Shown: positions 1 to 14,530 of the stretch, piece after piece | Layout: each line of letters opens with the position of its first letter | How positions within the stretch are numbered: the stretch's first letter is position 1 | Assembly: GCF_902652985.1 (NCBI RefSeq) | Contig: NC_047019.1 | Location: 9,238,001-9,302,000, forward strand | Source: Pecten maximus | Lineage: Eukaryota | Length of the DNA stretch: 64,000 nucleotides | Reading direction: 5' to 3' | Notes under the pieces: generated by a model | Database searches by the model: none | What the model was told of the DNA's origin: nothing | Seen by the model: only the letters and a program-made list of their open reading frames with translations | Translations under genes and position numbers: made by a program

Positions 1-3000
1 TGTATTGTTACCTCGAGATTGTTATGTCTGTATTGTTACCTCGAGATTGTGACGTCTGTATTGTTTCCTCGAGATTGTGACGTTTGTATTGTCACCTCGA
101 GATTGTGATGTCTATATTGTTACCTCGAGATTGTGATGTCTATATTGTTACCTCGAGATTGTGACGTCTGTATTGTTACCTCGAGATTGTGACGTTTGTA
201 TTGTCATCTCGAGATTGTGATGTCTATATTGTTACCTCGAGATTGTGACGTCTATATTGTTACCTCGAGATTGTGATGTCTGTATTGTTACCTCGAGATT
301 GTGATGTCTGTATTGTTACATCGAGATTGTGATATCTGTATAGTTACCTCGAGAATGTGATGTCTGTATTGTTACCTCGAGATTGTGAAGTCTGTATTTT
401 TACCTCCAGATTGTCATGTATGTATTGTTACTTCGAGATTGTGAAGTTTAAGATACATCGATATTGTTACGTCTGTATTGTTACCTCGAGAATGTGATGT
501 CTGTATTGTTACCTCGAGATTGTGACGTTTGTATTGTTACCTCGAGATTGTGACGTTTGTATTGTCACCTCGAGATTGTGATGTCTATATTGTTACCTCG
601 AGATTGTGATGTCTATATTGTTACCTCGAGATTGTGACGTCTGTATTGTTACCTCGAGATTGTGACGTTTGTATTGTCACCTCGAGATTGTGATGTCTAT
701 ATTGTTACCTCGAGATTGTGATGTCTATATTGTTACCTCGAGATTGTGATGTCTGTATTGTTACCTCGAGATTGTGATGTCTGTATTGTTACATCGAGAT
801 TGTGATATCTGTATAGTTACCTCGAGAATGTGATGTCTGTATTGTTACCTCGAGATTGTGAAGTCTGTATTTTTACCTCGAGATTGTCATGTATGTATTG
901 TTACTTCGAGATTGTGAAGTTTAAGATACATCGATATTGTTACGTCTGTATTGTTACCTCGAGAATGTGATGTCTGTATTGTTACCTCGAAATTGTGATG
1001 ACTGTATTGTTACCTCGAGATTGTGATGTCTATATTGTTACCTCGAGATTGTGATGACTGTATTGTTACCTCGAGATTGTGATGTCTGTATTGTTACCTC
1101 GAGATTGTGATGACTGTATTGTTACCTCGAGATTGTGAAGTCTGTATTGTTACCTCGAGATTGTGAAGTCTGTATCGTTACCTCGAGATTGTGATGTCTG
1201 TATTGTTACCTCGAGATTGTGACGTTTGTATTGTTACCTCGAGATTGTGATGTCTGTATTGTTACCTCGAGATTGTGATATCTGTAAAGTTACCTCGAGA
1301 TTGTGATGTATGTATTGTTACCTCGAGAATGTGATGTCTGTATTGTTACCTCGAGAATGTGATGTCTGTATTGTTACCTCGAGATTGTGATGTCTGTATT
1401 GTTACCTCGAGATTGTGATGTCTGTATTGTTACCTCGAGATTGTTATGTCTGTATTGTTACCTCGAGATTGTGACGTCTGTATTGTTACCTCGAGATTGT
1501 GACGTTTGTATTGTCACCTCGAGATTGTGATGTCTATATTGTTACCTCGAGATTGTGATGTCTATATTGTTACCTCGAGATTGTGACGTCTGTATTGTTA
1601 CCTCGAGATTGTGACGTTTGTATTGTCACCTCGAGATTGTGATGTCTATATTGTTACCTCGAGATTGTGATGTCTATATTGTTACCTCGAGATTGTGATG
1701 TCTGTATTGTTACCTCGAGATTGTGATGTCTGTATTGTTACCTCGAGATTGTGATATCTGTATAGTTACCTCGAGAATGTGATGTCTGTATTGTTACCTC
1801 GAGATTGTGAAGTCTGTATTTTTACCTCGAGATTGTCATGTATATATTGTTACTTCGAGATTGTGAAGTTTAAGATACATCGATATTGTTACGTCTGTAT
1901 TGTTACCTCGAGAATGTGATGTCTGTATTGTTACCTCGAGATTGTGATGACTGTATTGTTACCTCGAGATTGTGATGTCTATATTGTTACCTCGAGATTG
2001 TGATGACTGTATTGTTACCTCGAGATTGTGATGACTGTATTGTTACCTCGAGATTGTGATGTCTATATTGTTACCTCGAGATTGTGATGACTGTATTGTT
2101 ACCTCGAGATTGTGATGACTGTATTGTTACCTCGAGATTGTGATGTCTATATTGTTACCTCGAGATGGTGATGACTGTATTGTTACCTCGAGATTGTGAT
2201 GTCTATATTGTTACCTCGAGATTGTGATGACTATATTGCTACCTCGAGATTGTGATGACTGTATTGTTACCTCGAGATTGTGATGTCTGTATTGTTACCT
2301 CGAGATTGTGATGACTATATTGTTACCTCGAGATTGTGATGTCTATATTGTTACCTCGAGATTGTGATGACTGTATTGTTACCTCGAGATTGTGAAGTCT
2401 GTATTGTTACCTCGAGACTGTGATATCTGTATTGTTACCTCGAGAATGTGATATCTGTATTGTTACCTCGAGATTGTGATGTCTGTATTGTTACCTCGAG
2501 ATTGTGAAGTCTGTATTTTTACCTCGAGATTGTCATGTATGTATTGTTGCTTCGAGATTGTGAAGTTTAAGATACATCGATATTGTTACGTCTGTATTGT
2601 TACCTCGAGATCGTGATGTCTGTATTTTTACCTCGAGATTGTGAATTCTGTATTGTTACCTCGAGATTGTGATGTCTGTATTGTTACCTCGAGATTGTGA
2701 TATCTGTATAGTTACCTCGAGATTGTGATGTCTGTATTGTTACCTCGAGAATGTGATGTCTGTATTGTTACCTCGAGATTGTGATGTCTGTATTGTTACC
2801 TCGAGATTGTGATGTCTGTATTGTTACCTCGAGATTGTGACGTCTGTATTGTTACCTCGAGATTGTGACGTTTGTATTGTCACCTCGAGATTGTGATGTC
2901 TATATTGTTACCTCGAGATTGTGATGTCTATATTGTTACCTCGAGATTGTGACGTCTCTGTATTGTTACCTCGAGATTGTGACGTTTGTATTGTCACCTC

Positions 3001-3740
3001 GAGATTGTGATGTCTATATTGTTACCTCGAGATTGTGATGTCTATATTGTTACCTCGAGATTGTGATGTCTGTATTGTTACCTCGAGATTGTGATGTCTG
3101 TATTGTTACCTCGAGATTGTGATATCTGTATAGTTACCTCGAGAATGTGATGTCTGTATTGTTACCTCGAGATTGTGAAGTCTGTATTTTTACCTCGAGA
3201 TTGTCATGTATGTATTGTTACTTCGAGATTGTGAAGTTTAAGATACATCGATATTGTTACGTCTGTATTGTTACCTCGAGAATGTGATGTCTGTATTGTT
3301 ACCTCGAGATTGTGATGACTGTATTGTTACCTCGAGATTGTGATGACTGTATTGTTACCTCGAGATTGTGATGTCTGTATTGTTACCTCGAGATTGTGAT
3401 GACTATATTGTTACCTCGAGATTGTGATGTCTATATTGTTACCTCGAGATTGTGATGACTGTATTGTTACCTCGAGATTGTGAAGTCTGTATTGTTACCT
3501 CGAGACTGTGATATCTGTATTGTTACCTCGAGAATGTGATATCTGTATTGTTACCTCGAGATTGTGATGTCTGTATTGTTACCTCGAGATTGTGAAGTCT
3601 GTATTTTTACCTCGAGATTGTCATGTATGTATTGTTACTTCGAGATTGTGAAGTTTAAGATACATCGATATTGTTACGTCTGTATTGTTACCTCGAGATC
3701 GTGATGTCTGTATTGTTACCTCGAGATTGTGAAGTCTGTA
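1..3740. repeat. 28-bp tandem satellite (TGTATTGTTACCTCGAGATTGTGATGTC), ~133 units, truncated by window start; degenerate tail to ~4110
   Basis: Direct 28-nt periodicity; CTCGAG in almost every unit; a recurrent 25-nt variant unit (GTGAAGTTTAAGATACATCGAT) at 441, 914, 1863, 2560, 3231, 3648. Confidence 0.98.
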
Positions 3741-4399
3741 TAGATAAATAGAGATGGTTATGATAACAATACAGATTATAATGTCTCCATTGTAATCTCG
3801 GGAAAGTCGGGATCTTTATCTTGAGATTATTAAATCTCTACTGATATTTCGATGTTATCAAGTCATGTGAATATATCTGAATTGATATCTCTATATTTTA
3901 AAGTCTTTGTAGAATCATTTATGTTGTATAGTATATAGAAACATCGATATGGTAAAAAAAACTGTGTATTGTAATCTCGAGATTGTTATTAAATCTTTCT
4001 TGATGCATCGAAATTGTTAAGCATGCTACATTTAATTCGACCTATCATGGCTGTATCGATATTTCACTTCGATATTACGAATTATTTTGTGTTTACTTCT
4101 AGATATCTAAGTTTGTTATGTTCCTTGTTTTTAACGTTTTTTTTATTTTTTAACAAAGACAGGCTCATTCAGATATTTGGCACGAGACCAATTTACTTCA
4201 TATTTAAGACGACATATATTTTTGTACTTTAATCTCATATCATTAAGGTCAAGTTTTAAAGACGAGAGTATTAGATGAGTCACTTGTCAATCTAGAGTTT
4301 AACAGAGTGACACAATCTGGTTATCCATCTGAAACCAACACAATTTTACAATGGTAGTCTTATATCCTAGTTTGTACCGAAATAAGTCTCCTCGATCCC

Positions 4400-4760
4400 G
4401 TCTCAAAATGACCGTGGCTGTTCATGGGGCGATCAACCCAGCAAACAAGCAAGTTAACAAAACAAACAACCTAATAAACAAGCAAGTAAACAAAATTAAC
4501 AACGTAATAAACAAGCAAACAACCTAACAATTAACCTAACAAAAAGGCAAGTAAACAAAATTAACAAAAAAACAAACAAAAAACCCATCAATTAACTTAG
4601 CAAACAAGCAAGCAAGCAAACAAGTAAACAAAACACACAGCTTAGCAAACAAACAAACAAGTAATCAAACAAATAAGCAAACAACCAAAAAAGCAAGTAA
4701 GCAAGCAATCAAGCAAACAAAAAAATAAACAAGCAAAACAAAAACCAAAAAAAACAAAGG
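4400..4760 (+). repeat. SINE 3' tail remnant followed by a degenerate (CAAA/AAGC)n A-rich microsatellite
   Basis: AAAATGACCGTGGCTGTTCATGGGGCG resembles the ATGACCCTGGCTGTTAATAGGACG tail of the SINEs elsewhere in the window and runs into ~320 bp of AAAC-rich sequence. Confidence 0.6.
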
Positions 4761-5667
4761 TCCATACAAACTAACTAAGTCCCGTTTCACATTCTAAAAG
4801 AAGCTAGATATTTTTCTGAACTTAAATAATTTCCTATCAACGGTCCAGATGCAGCCACACCTCCACTGTAATATGATAGAACACATATGATTTGGTTGAT
4901 CAGTTCGTAAAGGGTCGGCCTTATAAAGAAATTCTAGAACCTTAAGATAGCTATTGGTAACATGGTAACTCATGTGATTAGGTATTCCCTTCCATGTCAT
5001 GATACCGTGTACGTTCAACGGATAATTCCCAGCATAAATGACACAGATAAAATCCGTTTGCTTTAGTTGTTAGTGACAGATTGATCGCCCTGTCAACAGC
5101 CAGGAAAACTACTTGGTGGAGTCTCCATGTAGTAGCCGATGGCTTCCTCTCTGAACGCCATGTGGGAGGTTTGCAGACAATTTAGATACAAATAAAGTGT
5201 TTTGCCATGCCACAGGACACAACCACGACAGCACAGGAAAGGCCATGCTATCAACTTTCTGCAAAACGCAAGCCTCTCCGAGAAGGGATCATATCACAGA
5301 CCTGGGATCTTAACGGGATATGAAACACTCATAAAATGCTATCTCCCGAGAAAAAAGATTTCCAATCAAACGTCAGACCTACGTTTGAGTACAAACGCTG
5401 ATACATACAAGATGTAGTCAGGACGCATGTTGGTGCGTGACACCGGGAAAACAACAGAACAACGTGATGGAATATAAAGGGAGAGAAAAACAACAATAAT
5501 GTGTTTTATTATTTCTATTTTGATGGTAAAATCATTTTTTTTTATTCTTACATAATTTAATATTTTCATTATCTATCACTGCAAGAAAGATTGCTCTATC
5601 ACTGCAAGAAAGATTGTATGATTACATGCATGACAAAGTAGTGTTGCTTTTGCTTTTTTTTTTTTGC

Positions 5668-5698
<31 letters not shown>

Positions 5699-7152
5699 GA
5701 GGGGGGGGGCGTGTTTTGTTTTGTTTTGTTTTGATTGGGATTTTTTAATGTTTTTTGTTTTCGTGAGTTTTTTGTTTGTTTTTGTTTGTTTGTTGTTGTT
5801 TTTTGTCAATATACAAATTAATTAATTAATTAGTGACAGGTTATTACAAGTCATGAACCATTCTCAATTTATATATCAAAATGAATTTCCATCATGAGAT
5901 AATACTCAAAATAAAAAATCAGAAGGTAGACTTTAATGTGGAAAATCTATTCTTAGATAAGAGACGAGAAAGTGGAGACAGTGGAGAGGTAGATTACGTC
6001 AAAGATTCTAGTAATATCACGGAAATAAACTACCGTAGATTCTTCTATAGTGAAGAAGAAAAATCATGCGATTTTCCTTTTACGGGAAGCCAATCAGGAT
6101 TTACGATACCTCGAATACTGATGGATAATTAACATTGTATTCTTTTGATAACTGTAAGTTGATGGCCGCCGTGGGTGAGTTATATTATGGTTGCCATATA
6201 ACATTAAAAAGTACAAATCTATTAAGAATTTCTTCTTTAAAACAATTTAAAAATGCAAATCTCACACATAAAATACCTTGTGAAAATCCTTTTAATGCTT
6301 TCTTGAAGAGAGCGTTGATTTGCGTGTCGTAATATTAACACCATTTGAGTGAAGGCATCATAGCGCACGGTTTTTGGGTACCAGGATTTCTATACATCGC
6401 TATGGCGACCTCAGCTTAACGCAAATCAATAAACACTCCAGAAGAAGCAATGGACTGTCAGAATGGATATATAAAATGTGAATTAAATAGTACCGGTCTC
6501 CTGTGACAGTCCTCCAATGGGGCTGAGATATATTATATTACCACCGAACTCTGAAGGCAATGATCCCGAATGGGAATTTATCATCTTCGCCATCATCCAT
6601 TTTGGTGACAAAAATGTCGATAACTTCCATGAGATATATTTTTTTCCGCTTTCAATGTCAGTTCCAAAAACGAATTACTTTACTTTATAAGGCATTTATG
6701 TTTGTTTTACACGTTAACTTAGAACACAAATATTTTAATATCGCCTAGATTTTACTCAAAACTTCGGCTATGATGATTGTTAAGGATGTACATTTCAAAA
6801 AACACATTCCGACAGATATAAACAACGCAATTGATTTCGTTTTTCATTTCACAGCGATAAATCATCGATAATAAGCCTCACGAAATACAGAAATATATAA
6901 CTAGCACCATGCATCCTTTTGTTTCTCTAGGTCGGAGATATTGCTTCCGTTTGTATTGGAAGTTTAGAAGCGTTATTATATTTTGTCTTCCGATTTTGGA
7001 ATGAAGTATGGCTAGATATCACACAAACACAATGATATATAGAACCATGTCGTGATTTCGTGACATGCTAGAAATACCATATATACATGAAGCGATGTTA
7101 CTTTCAAATTACAGGGTTTAAGGGATTACCTTGACTTGACGTGTACTTGTAC

Positions 7153-7332
7153 TTGTTTGTTTTGTCTTTGTTTAACGTCCTATTAACAGCCAGGGTCATT
7201 TAAGGACGTGCCAGCTTTTGGAGGTGGAGGAAAGCCGGAGTACCCGGAGAAAAACCACCGGCCTATGGTCAGTACCTGGCAACTGCGCAACGTAGGTTTC
7301 GAACTCGCAACCCAGAGGTGGAGGGCTAGTGA
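7153..7332 (-). mobile_element. tRNA-derived V-type SINE family A, 5'-truncated copy
   Basis: Near-identical to the copies at 12007, 20631, 34499 and 56303; B-box-like GAGTTCGAAAC, V-domain-like GGTTTTTCTCCGGGTACTCCGGCTTTCCTCCACC, AAAC tail on the minus strand. Confidence 0.85.
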
Positions 7333-10300
7333 CTGTATCGTGATTTCTAGATATGCTAGAAAATTCAATAGCGATGTACTTTCAAATTAAAGGGCTAAAG
7401 GAATTACCTTGACTTGACGTGTACAGTAAATACATACACACCAAAATACAAACTTCATACGTGTTTAAACATACTCAGGAGGACACATTGAATTCACATA
7501 TTTTTCTTTTTTTTTTCAGATAAAATCGGTTCTAAATCTGGCCAATATCCCTTACCTTTTCTGTTATCGAATATGTTTCATTCTTACTTTGATTTTTTCT
7601 GTAGTGGTATAAAAACTGGAAATTTCGGTGAAAATATGATCATAAACTTTGATAATCAAACAGTATTAAGAAGTTATCTTTATTTATAATAAGTATGAGA
7701 GACACAAAATAGCACACTTAGATCTTGCTCCAAGATTACATACAGTTGATCGGTAGTCTGATTTTAACTAAGTGTTTTTCACGCTAAAAGTAATGCAATT
7801 TTATGTTTGTTGTGGATGCGCCAGATTTGAGTGTTTCAAGCTATCAAAGTTTTGAAAAGGCGTTTTCGTAATAATATCACGATATTTTCTGGGCCTCTTT
7901 TCCCCCAAAAATGATATCACTACAATAGTCTACAATTCGTTGTACAATAGAATGTTTTCTATGCCCCTCTTTTTCCACAATAATATCAGTACAATTCGTT
8001 GAACGATAGAACGTTTTCTATGCCTCTTTTTTCCACAGTAATATCACTACGCTTTGTTGTACAGTAGGAATTTTTCTTAGCCAATCGTAGGGCGATAAAC
8101 CCGGCATCACCTCAGTTCTCAATTATGGGAGTAAGACAATGCCTGGATTTCTATTGCCAGTGCTAGCAGTGAAGCAAAAACATACCCCTATTTTTACCTG
8201 TGTTTCACCAAAATTTTACTGATTTTAAATTAAACTCATGATGTGCTTATTTATTTGAACATCAATTTTTTTTATACGATATCAGCAGAGGCCCTATGCG
8301 TGAGTATGTGAATGGGATTCATGAATTTTGACGCAGTTCTATCAGAATTCTTTACCCATCCTTTTTTATCATCGTTGACAGCCTATAAAATGTCTGCCGG
8401 TTCTCATGACCTGTTTAAGTGGAGCATCTATTAATTAAAGTCTGCCCTTGAGCTCCGGTATTGATTATATTTGGTTTAATCCGAATTTGCAATCGTGAAT
8501 CTTTGGACAAAAAGATTTCGATATCATGACTTCAGACATACATGTATATTTCTGTAAGCGATTCAATGTCAGGCAAATCATCACCATATTTGGAAGTCAC
8601 GTGGACGGAAGCAATACCGATCCTAAAAACGCTTCAGAAAATCAATGGCTCAGCACTCCTCTTTTAACAGTTGTAAAATGATGCAAGATAAAATTGTTAT
8701 TTGATAACTTAGAGTAAGAATTCTCTCTTCAGAAGTATATCATCAAATACAGATTGCATACAGCGATTAAAAAGCGCGCGTAATTGTAACCGCCTCGACA
8801 GATACAGATGCTGCTTCGACAAATTCCAGGTTCTGTTAACACTTTGATTTGTCTCCTTATCAAGTCAATTGAGTGATGTGCGTGTTATCTTTAGCAGTTC
8901 ATCCTATACCCTAACTAATGAGACGTTATCTCTGAACACCTTTTCTGATCGTTCTCTGAAGTCGCATGCACATCTCAACATCAATTTAATCTTATGTAAT
9001 ATACATTAAGTTCAGCGAAAATATAAAAAAAAAAATCTCATTTCTTTGTGAAAGTGATTCCTTTGTAGAATGACAGTTTGTCTCCGTGATGTAAAATATA
9101 TTAAAAATTTACCTTTGATATTTCAAAACATATGAATCTTACGAAATGAAGTGTATTCTGAAAACTATTACAAGGGATTTTTTTTTAGGAAACAGAAGGA
9201 AATTTGTTATGTAAATAATGCAATCTTTTAGGTAACGTGAAAAAAGGAGGAACAATGACAACAGAAATATGTCCGTTATGTAAAATATCGGGGCTATTTT
9301 TCAAACATTGACAGGAAATGCCGGTTGCCGATGTTTTACTATCATGTAATGGGGCCCCCCTGGTTCGCCTTTGTTCTTTTGTATACGCTCTCTCTGATTC
9401 TCTCGAGAGCACGCGCGTTTGCTCCGTTCAGATAACGTCTCATTGTACGATACACGGTCCTCTGTTTCCCCACCCCGCAGCACTTTCATCTGCCGACGGC
9501 CCCTCCCCCGGGGATAAGAGATAATGCCATTGTCAGACATCCGTGTCAGATACCGAGCGAGATGGAGAAATGTCTGTTTTATGAGGACAGTATTTTTGTA
9601 GTGTTAGTTTCTCGTATCTCCGAACGGCCGTCGTCATAGCAATGTGTTATGTACGACATCTGCTCGCCAATCAAAAGTCTTGTAAGATAGGCAGAATATT
9701 TGTTATGCTTTCTACACATATCTTGAAAACCTGATAAGTCTGATATTTACCCATGATCTCATTCATGGAGATTCGTCTCGTGTGCAGAAATATATACAAT
9801 ATCCTACAATTGCATATGTACAAATCCGTGAAGCAAGAATTTTGAGCATTAAATCGAAAATGATTGACGTTTATCCAGATACGAACTGACATCTGACATT
9901 TTTTTGCACGTGACATCTACATAAATATGCTTCCAATATCTTCTAAACATGAATCACTGCCAAGTCTAAGATTGAAATAAGGTTTTATATATTTTTTTCC
10001 CAAACGTGCGCTGATCGAACAAGGTCATGCCAGTATATAATACCGTATACTAAACTTATACCACCAGGTTCCAGACCTTACAAAACTCACAGTACTTGTT
10101 TCCAGCGGAACTTTTTATGATAGATTATTCTGGTTGATGTGCTTAAAAAATATTACTTAGTTGTGATTCTTTATCTACTGTGCTTATATTTCATTGTTTT
10201 AAACGCAACTGTGATTTTGCGGTTTTTTTTAAATGAAAATACTAATGTAAATTCAACATTGATTTACTTCTGGAACTCAAAAATTGATGTGATAAATTGG

Positions 10301-11520
10301 TGTGCTATCCAAGCGACTGGTGTTTGAGTTACACAAGAAATTACCCATTTTGTAGGTATAAACAAAAACATTGTTACCCGAATTCGTATAAACAAAGTAA
10401 AAAACAACCAAAGAAGAGACGATCGAAAAAAGATAAAGGAAACCATACGCTCCGAAAATGCAAACGTCTCCTACTTAAAGGTAGAATTAGTCAATGTAGG
10501 GCCAAGTACTCGAAAGATTGAACAAAGATATGGCAGTGAAAAGTAATTACGGATTTTGTAAAGGAAATAATGTTCACTGAATAATAAATAAAAAGATATC
10601 GCACAAATGTTTTGATTTCAGACGGTTCCTCTGATATGTCAGGGCAAAAACACGAGCAAAAGGGTGAATTGGAGAAAATTGGCTTAAACAAATATCATGT
10701 TAAAACAATGACTTTAATATAACTTACCTCATGATTTTTTTAAGTCAATTTTGGATTTTTTTTTTTTTTTTCAAGATGAACATGAAGAACCCGTGTATAT
10801 TCTGAAAAGGCGCAGCTGATGATATATTGAACGTGGCATGTCGGTCCCTCCGGGAATAACACTCCGACAACAGCGCTTATTGTCTAGCAATTACTAAGGA
10901 CACACACACGCCATTAAAAGGGAAATAAAAAAGGATAAGGAGAACAAATTCACGAGACATACTAACGAGGATAAAAAAATACGTCGATGTTTGTATCACA
11001 AAGGCAAAAGAATATTTCCTAATGAGATCATGATGGCGGTCATAAAATATTTTTGTAGCCAGTGTTACATTTAAGGGTTTTTGTCACCCCGAGCTGTGCT
11101 GTTTAGCTCATGTCAGCAGTCGACATTTATTCTCAATATCAAAATTCATACGGAGAAAGCTCTTATGTTTCACTTCAAATCAAACAGAAAAGTATCGCAG
11201 ATGCGGAAATGGCTATCAAGAAATGGAAAATTCACCATAGGGAGATTGAGATCAACAAGGCATTCATATTTCTACAAATAAAACGTATTTCGTGGCTACG
11301 TTGTAGAAAGCGGCTGAGGAAGTGACCAAAGAAGACAATTATAACATTTTATTTCGAATTGAACCAGGAAAATGAATATAAGATAGATACATATCCAAGT
11401 GTTGTCCTACTATTAGTCGCTTCTATATAGCATGCAGTGTTACACAACAAGCATAATACTTGGGTAAATCTTGCAAACTTTACTTATTTTACAACAAATG
11501 TGAAACAAGTTGCATCAGCT

Positions 11521-11713
11521 TTTATTAATGACGCATGTTGGCCCGGATAGAAGCGCGCGAGGGATATAACTGTGGGAGGAAATGGAGAATACCCGGGGAA
11601 AACCAACGTGGTCGGGCAGATGATCCCATACCTTTTTACTTCCGATCAGGGAATCAAACCCCGGCCGCCTAGGTGAAGGGCAGGTGTGTTACCACTGTGT
11701 CACCCGGCCATCC
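11521..11713 (-). mobile_element. Second tRNA-derived V-type SINE family (family B)
   Basis: Minus strand: GGTGACACAGTGGTAA (A box) ... GGGTTTGATTCCC (B box) ... GGTTTTCCCCGGGTATTCTCCATTTCCTCCCAC (V-like core), ending AATAAA. A degenerate relative lies at ~49668-49771 (+). Confidence 0.7.
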
Positions 11714-12006
11714 TCGGGTTTACTGGTGTCCCCTTAAGAGAACACCCACTACCCTGAAAGGGGATGCAATTACTACCCTTACGCCAAGAAAAGGGCAGCA
11801 AGCATCATCTCTTCTTGCTCAACGAATTTCATAACCACAAACAGGCATAAAGGGTTACACCCATATTGTGTAGCAGTCTTATACGGTCTACTAAAAGCAA
11901 ATAACATAAATATTGTTCCAATACAAGAATCATTAAACAAGTACTAGTATTCGCTAATGAGTCTTCTGGACAATCCACTGAACGATCAAAATGTTTGAAC
12001 TGTTGA

Positions 12007-12225
12007 TTTGGTTTGTTTTTGTTTTACGTCCTATTAACAACCAGGATCATTTAAGGACGTGTCAGATTTTGGAGGTGGAAGAAAGCCGGAGTGCCCGGAG
12101 AAAAACCACCGGCCTACAGTCAGTACCTGGCAACTGCCCCACGTAGGTTTCGAACTCGCAACCCAGAGGTGGAGGGCTGGTGATAAAGCGTCGGGACACC
12201 TTAGCAACTCGGCCACCGCGTTCCC
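12007..12225 (-). mobile_element. Full-length V-type SINE family A with 12-bp TSD
   Basis: A box GGTGGCCGAGTTG, B box GAGTTCGAAAC, V-like core and AAAC tail; flanked by TTGAACTGTTGA at 11995-12006 and 12226-12237. Confidence 0.92.
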
Positions 12226-12357
12226 TTGAACTGTTGAATGAACGATAATGATCAACATGGTACATTGCAAACCAACGTCCATTTAGTCAATGCCGGGGTT
12301 ATTTCTTTCACGATCATCAGAAGTACCGGATTTATACAACAAAACATTACAACGGAC

Positions 12358-12487
12358 GACCATCAGGTGTATTGCGAATTCGTAATCCAAAAAGCGCAAC
12401 GGGCGACCATCGGTGTTTTGCGAATTCGTATTCAACAAAACGCAACGGGCGACCATCGGTGTATTACGAATTCGTATTCAACAAAAC
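12358..12487. repeat. ~46-bp tandem repeat, 3 copies
   Basis: GACCATCGGTGT..CGAATTCGTATTCAACAAAACGCAACGGGC starts at 12358, 12405 and 12451. Confidence 0.8.
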
Positions 12488-12992
12488 ACGGCAACGGTCA
12501 AAACATCTATGATGCAAACTTTACGGAGAACGGCGGAATAACAATGGCTGCTTAAAGCAGATTTAAATCATTACCAACCGACACAGCTCACACAAGTGAT
12601 CGGAGACGAGACACAAACGACTATTTGAAACACACGCTCTATGATGTGTATTATTGTTCAATATGTCTGCTCTTTGAGGCTTGCCTCTTTTGATTACGTT
12701 TGTCCTAAACTAGTCTACTGGACACAGATGTTACATTTATTGGTAAAGCATAGGTTTGAGATAAGACACTTCTTATTCCTGTCTTATATCTATCATTCCT
12801 GGCTTGGAATATTATGTCAAACCTATTGGGAGGGATTCTCTTTGTAGACAGACGCCATGATGATTTGCATCCTTATCACAAATAGATAACCAGAGGGACC
12901 CCTCCTCCGTCGGTATGTCCATTCGATATCAAGAAAATGGCAGTAATTGTCAAACTTATCTATCATCTTCTTTGTGACGTCATTGACCAGTG

Positions 12993-13086
12993 CAACTTCG
13001 CTCACCAAGGGTTTTCAAAACAGTACTCCCCCTTTTCACCTTTAAAAGAAGAGTGTCGTATTGAAAAACCTTGGCTAGCGAAGTTG
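12993..13086. mobile_element. ~94-bp foldback/MITE
   Basis: CAACTTCGCT..CCAAGG.TTTTCAA pairs with TTGAAAAACCTTGG..AGCGAAGTTG. Confidence 0.6.
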
Positions 13087-14137
13087 TGATCATCTCATGA
13101 AGCTCAAAACATCATCTTACTGTTGAAGTTGTCAAAATTCAAAGGGCTAATATTTTGCGGTTGTCACAGTCGGACCCATAGTTCGCGGGTGAATAGGCCG
13201 TGAATATTACCTACTATTCAGTATGTAGTAGCGGGTAATATGTAGACTCGCGTATCATCGTTAGGACATAACGTATTACTATTTATCATCATCAAAAACA
13301 GCAAGTAGATAAAAAAATAAATGAAGTTAATAATTACAGAACAAAATTCCTCGAAATTGACTCATTTATATTTATATCTCAGAGGAAGTAGATAGTTCGT
13401 TCCCCAGTAATGAAAGACGGCCAAATGTTCATTTCACTACAAAGAAACTGAATTAGTTTCCATTACCGGTTGTCCGTTTCAAAAAAGAGTATATTGATTG
13501 ATATTTCAATATGCAATTATCTATGTTTGTTTTCTTAATTTCAATTAAAATTAAAAACAAACAACACTTTCTTTCTTTTTTGAGAGTTCGCACATCCGCC
13601 TCAAACGCTTTATCAGACAAGTAATTAGATTTTTATTTCCATCCTCTGTAAAGATCTACAGTATTTGAGTCACCTGATCAATACATGCGTTGTCCCTGTG
13701 TGTTGTAAAAGGTAATTCCCCGGAAGGTTACCGGCCAAAACACCAACAAACAATTAGGATACTGTCATATAAACAGCATTTTAAAGGTTACTGTAAATGG
13801 TTTCTTTTTGGAGGATTTTTATTTTCCGCAATTTTTGAGTATATTACAAAATAATGAAAAACAATACACAAACATGTATTTAGTAGAGTTTTGTTGACTC
13901 TTTAGTCCTAGTTTTTTCATTCGTTTTGGCCTTCACTCATTTTGCTTCCGGATTTATCTTGCCTTCCTACAGTATTCATATACATTTTGTATCATTATAT
14001 CAATTAGGATCTGTGTCGGCCATGTTTAATGCTTACTTTGTTCATTGACCTCTGAATGATGGATAAAATCTAAATATATATTATGTTGTCCCCGAATTCC
14101 TGTTGTTGTCTTGCCTTATATTTTAATATCTTAAGCT

Positions 14138-14530
14138 TTTGATGTTGTCTAATGCTTGATGTCGTCTAATGCTTGATATCGTCTGTTTTTCTTATGTCGT
14201 CAGATGTTTTGATGTGGTCTAATGTTTTGATGCTGTTTAATGTTTTGATGTCGTTTAATGTTTTGATGTCGTTTAATGTTTTGATGCCGTTTAATGTTTT
14301 GATGTCGTCTGATTCTTGATGTCTTCAAATGTTTTGATGTCGTCTAATGTATTGATGTCGTAAGTTGTTTTGATGGGGTCTGATTTTTTATGTCAAATGT
14401 TTTGATGTCTAATATTTTGATGCCGTCTAATATTTTGATGTCGGCAAATGTTTTGATGTCGTCTGCTTTTTTAATGTCGCCATGCAGATGTTTTGATGTC
14501 TAATGTTTTGGTGTCGTCTAATGTATTGGT
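14138..14530. repeat. Degenerate ~18-19-bp minisatellite (AATGTTTTGATGTCGTCT)
   Basis: About 20 imperfect copies visible. Confidence 0.85.

Noticed and set aside
5881-6132. 83-aa ORF and other short ORFs in 4000-13000
   Set aside because: No recognisable motifs or consistent splice chain; several are SINE translations.
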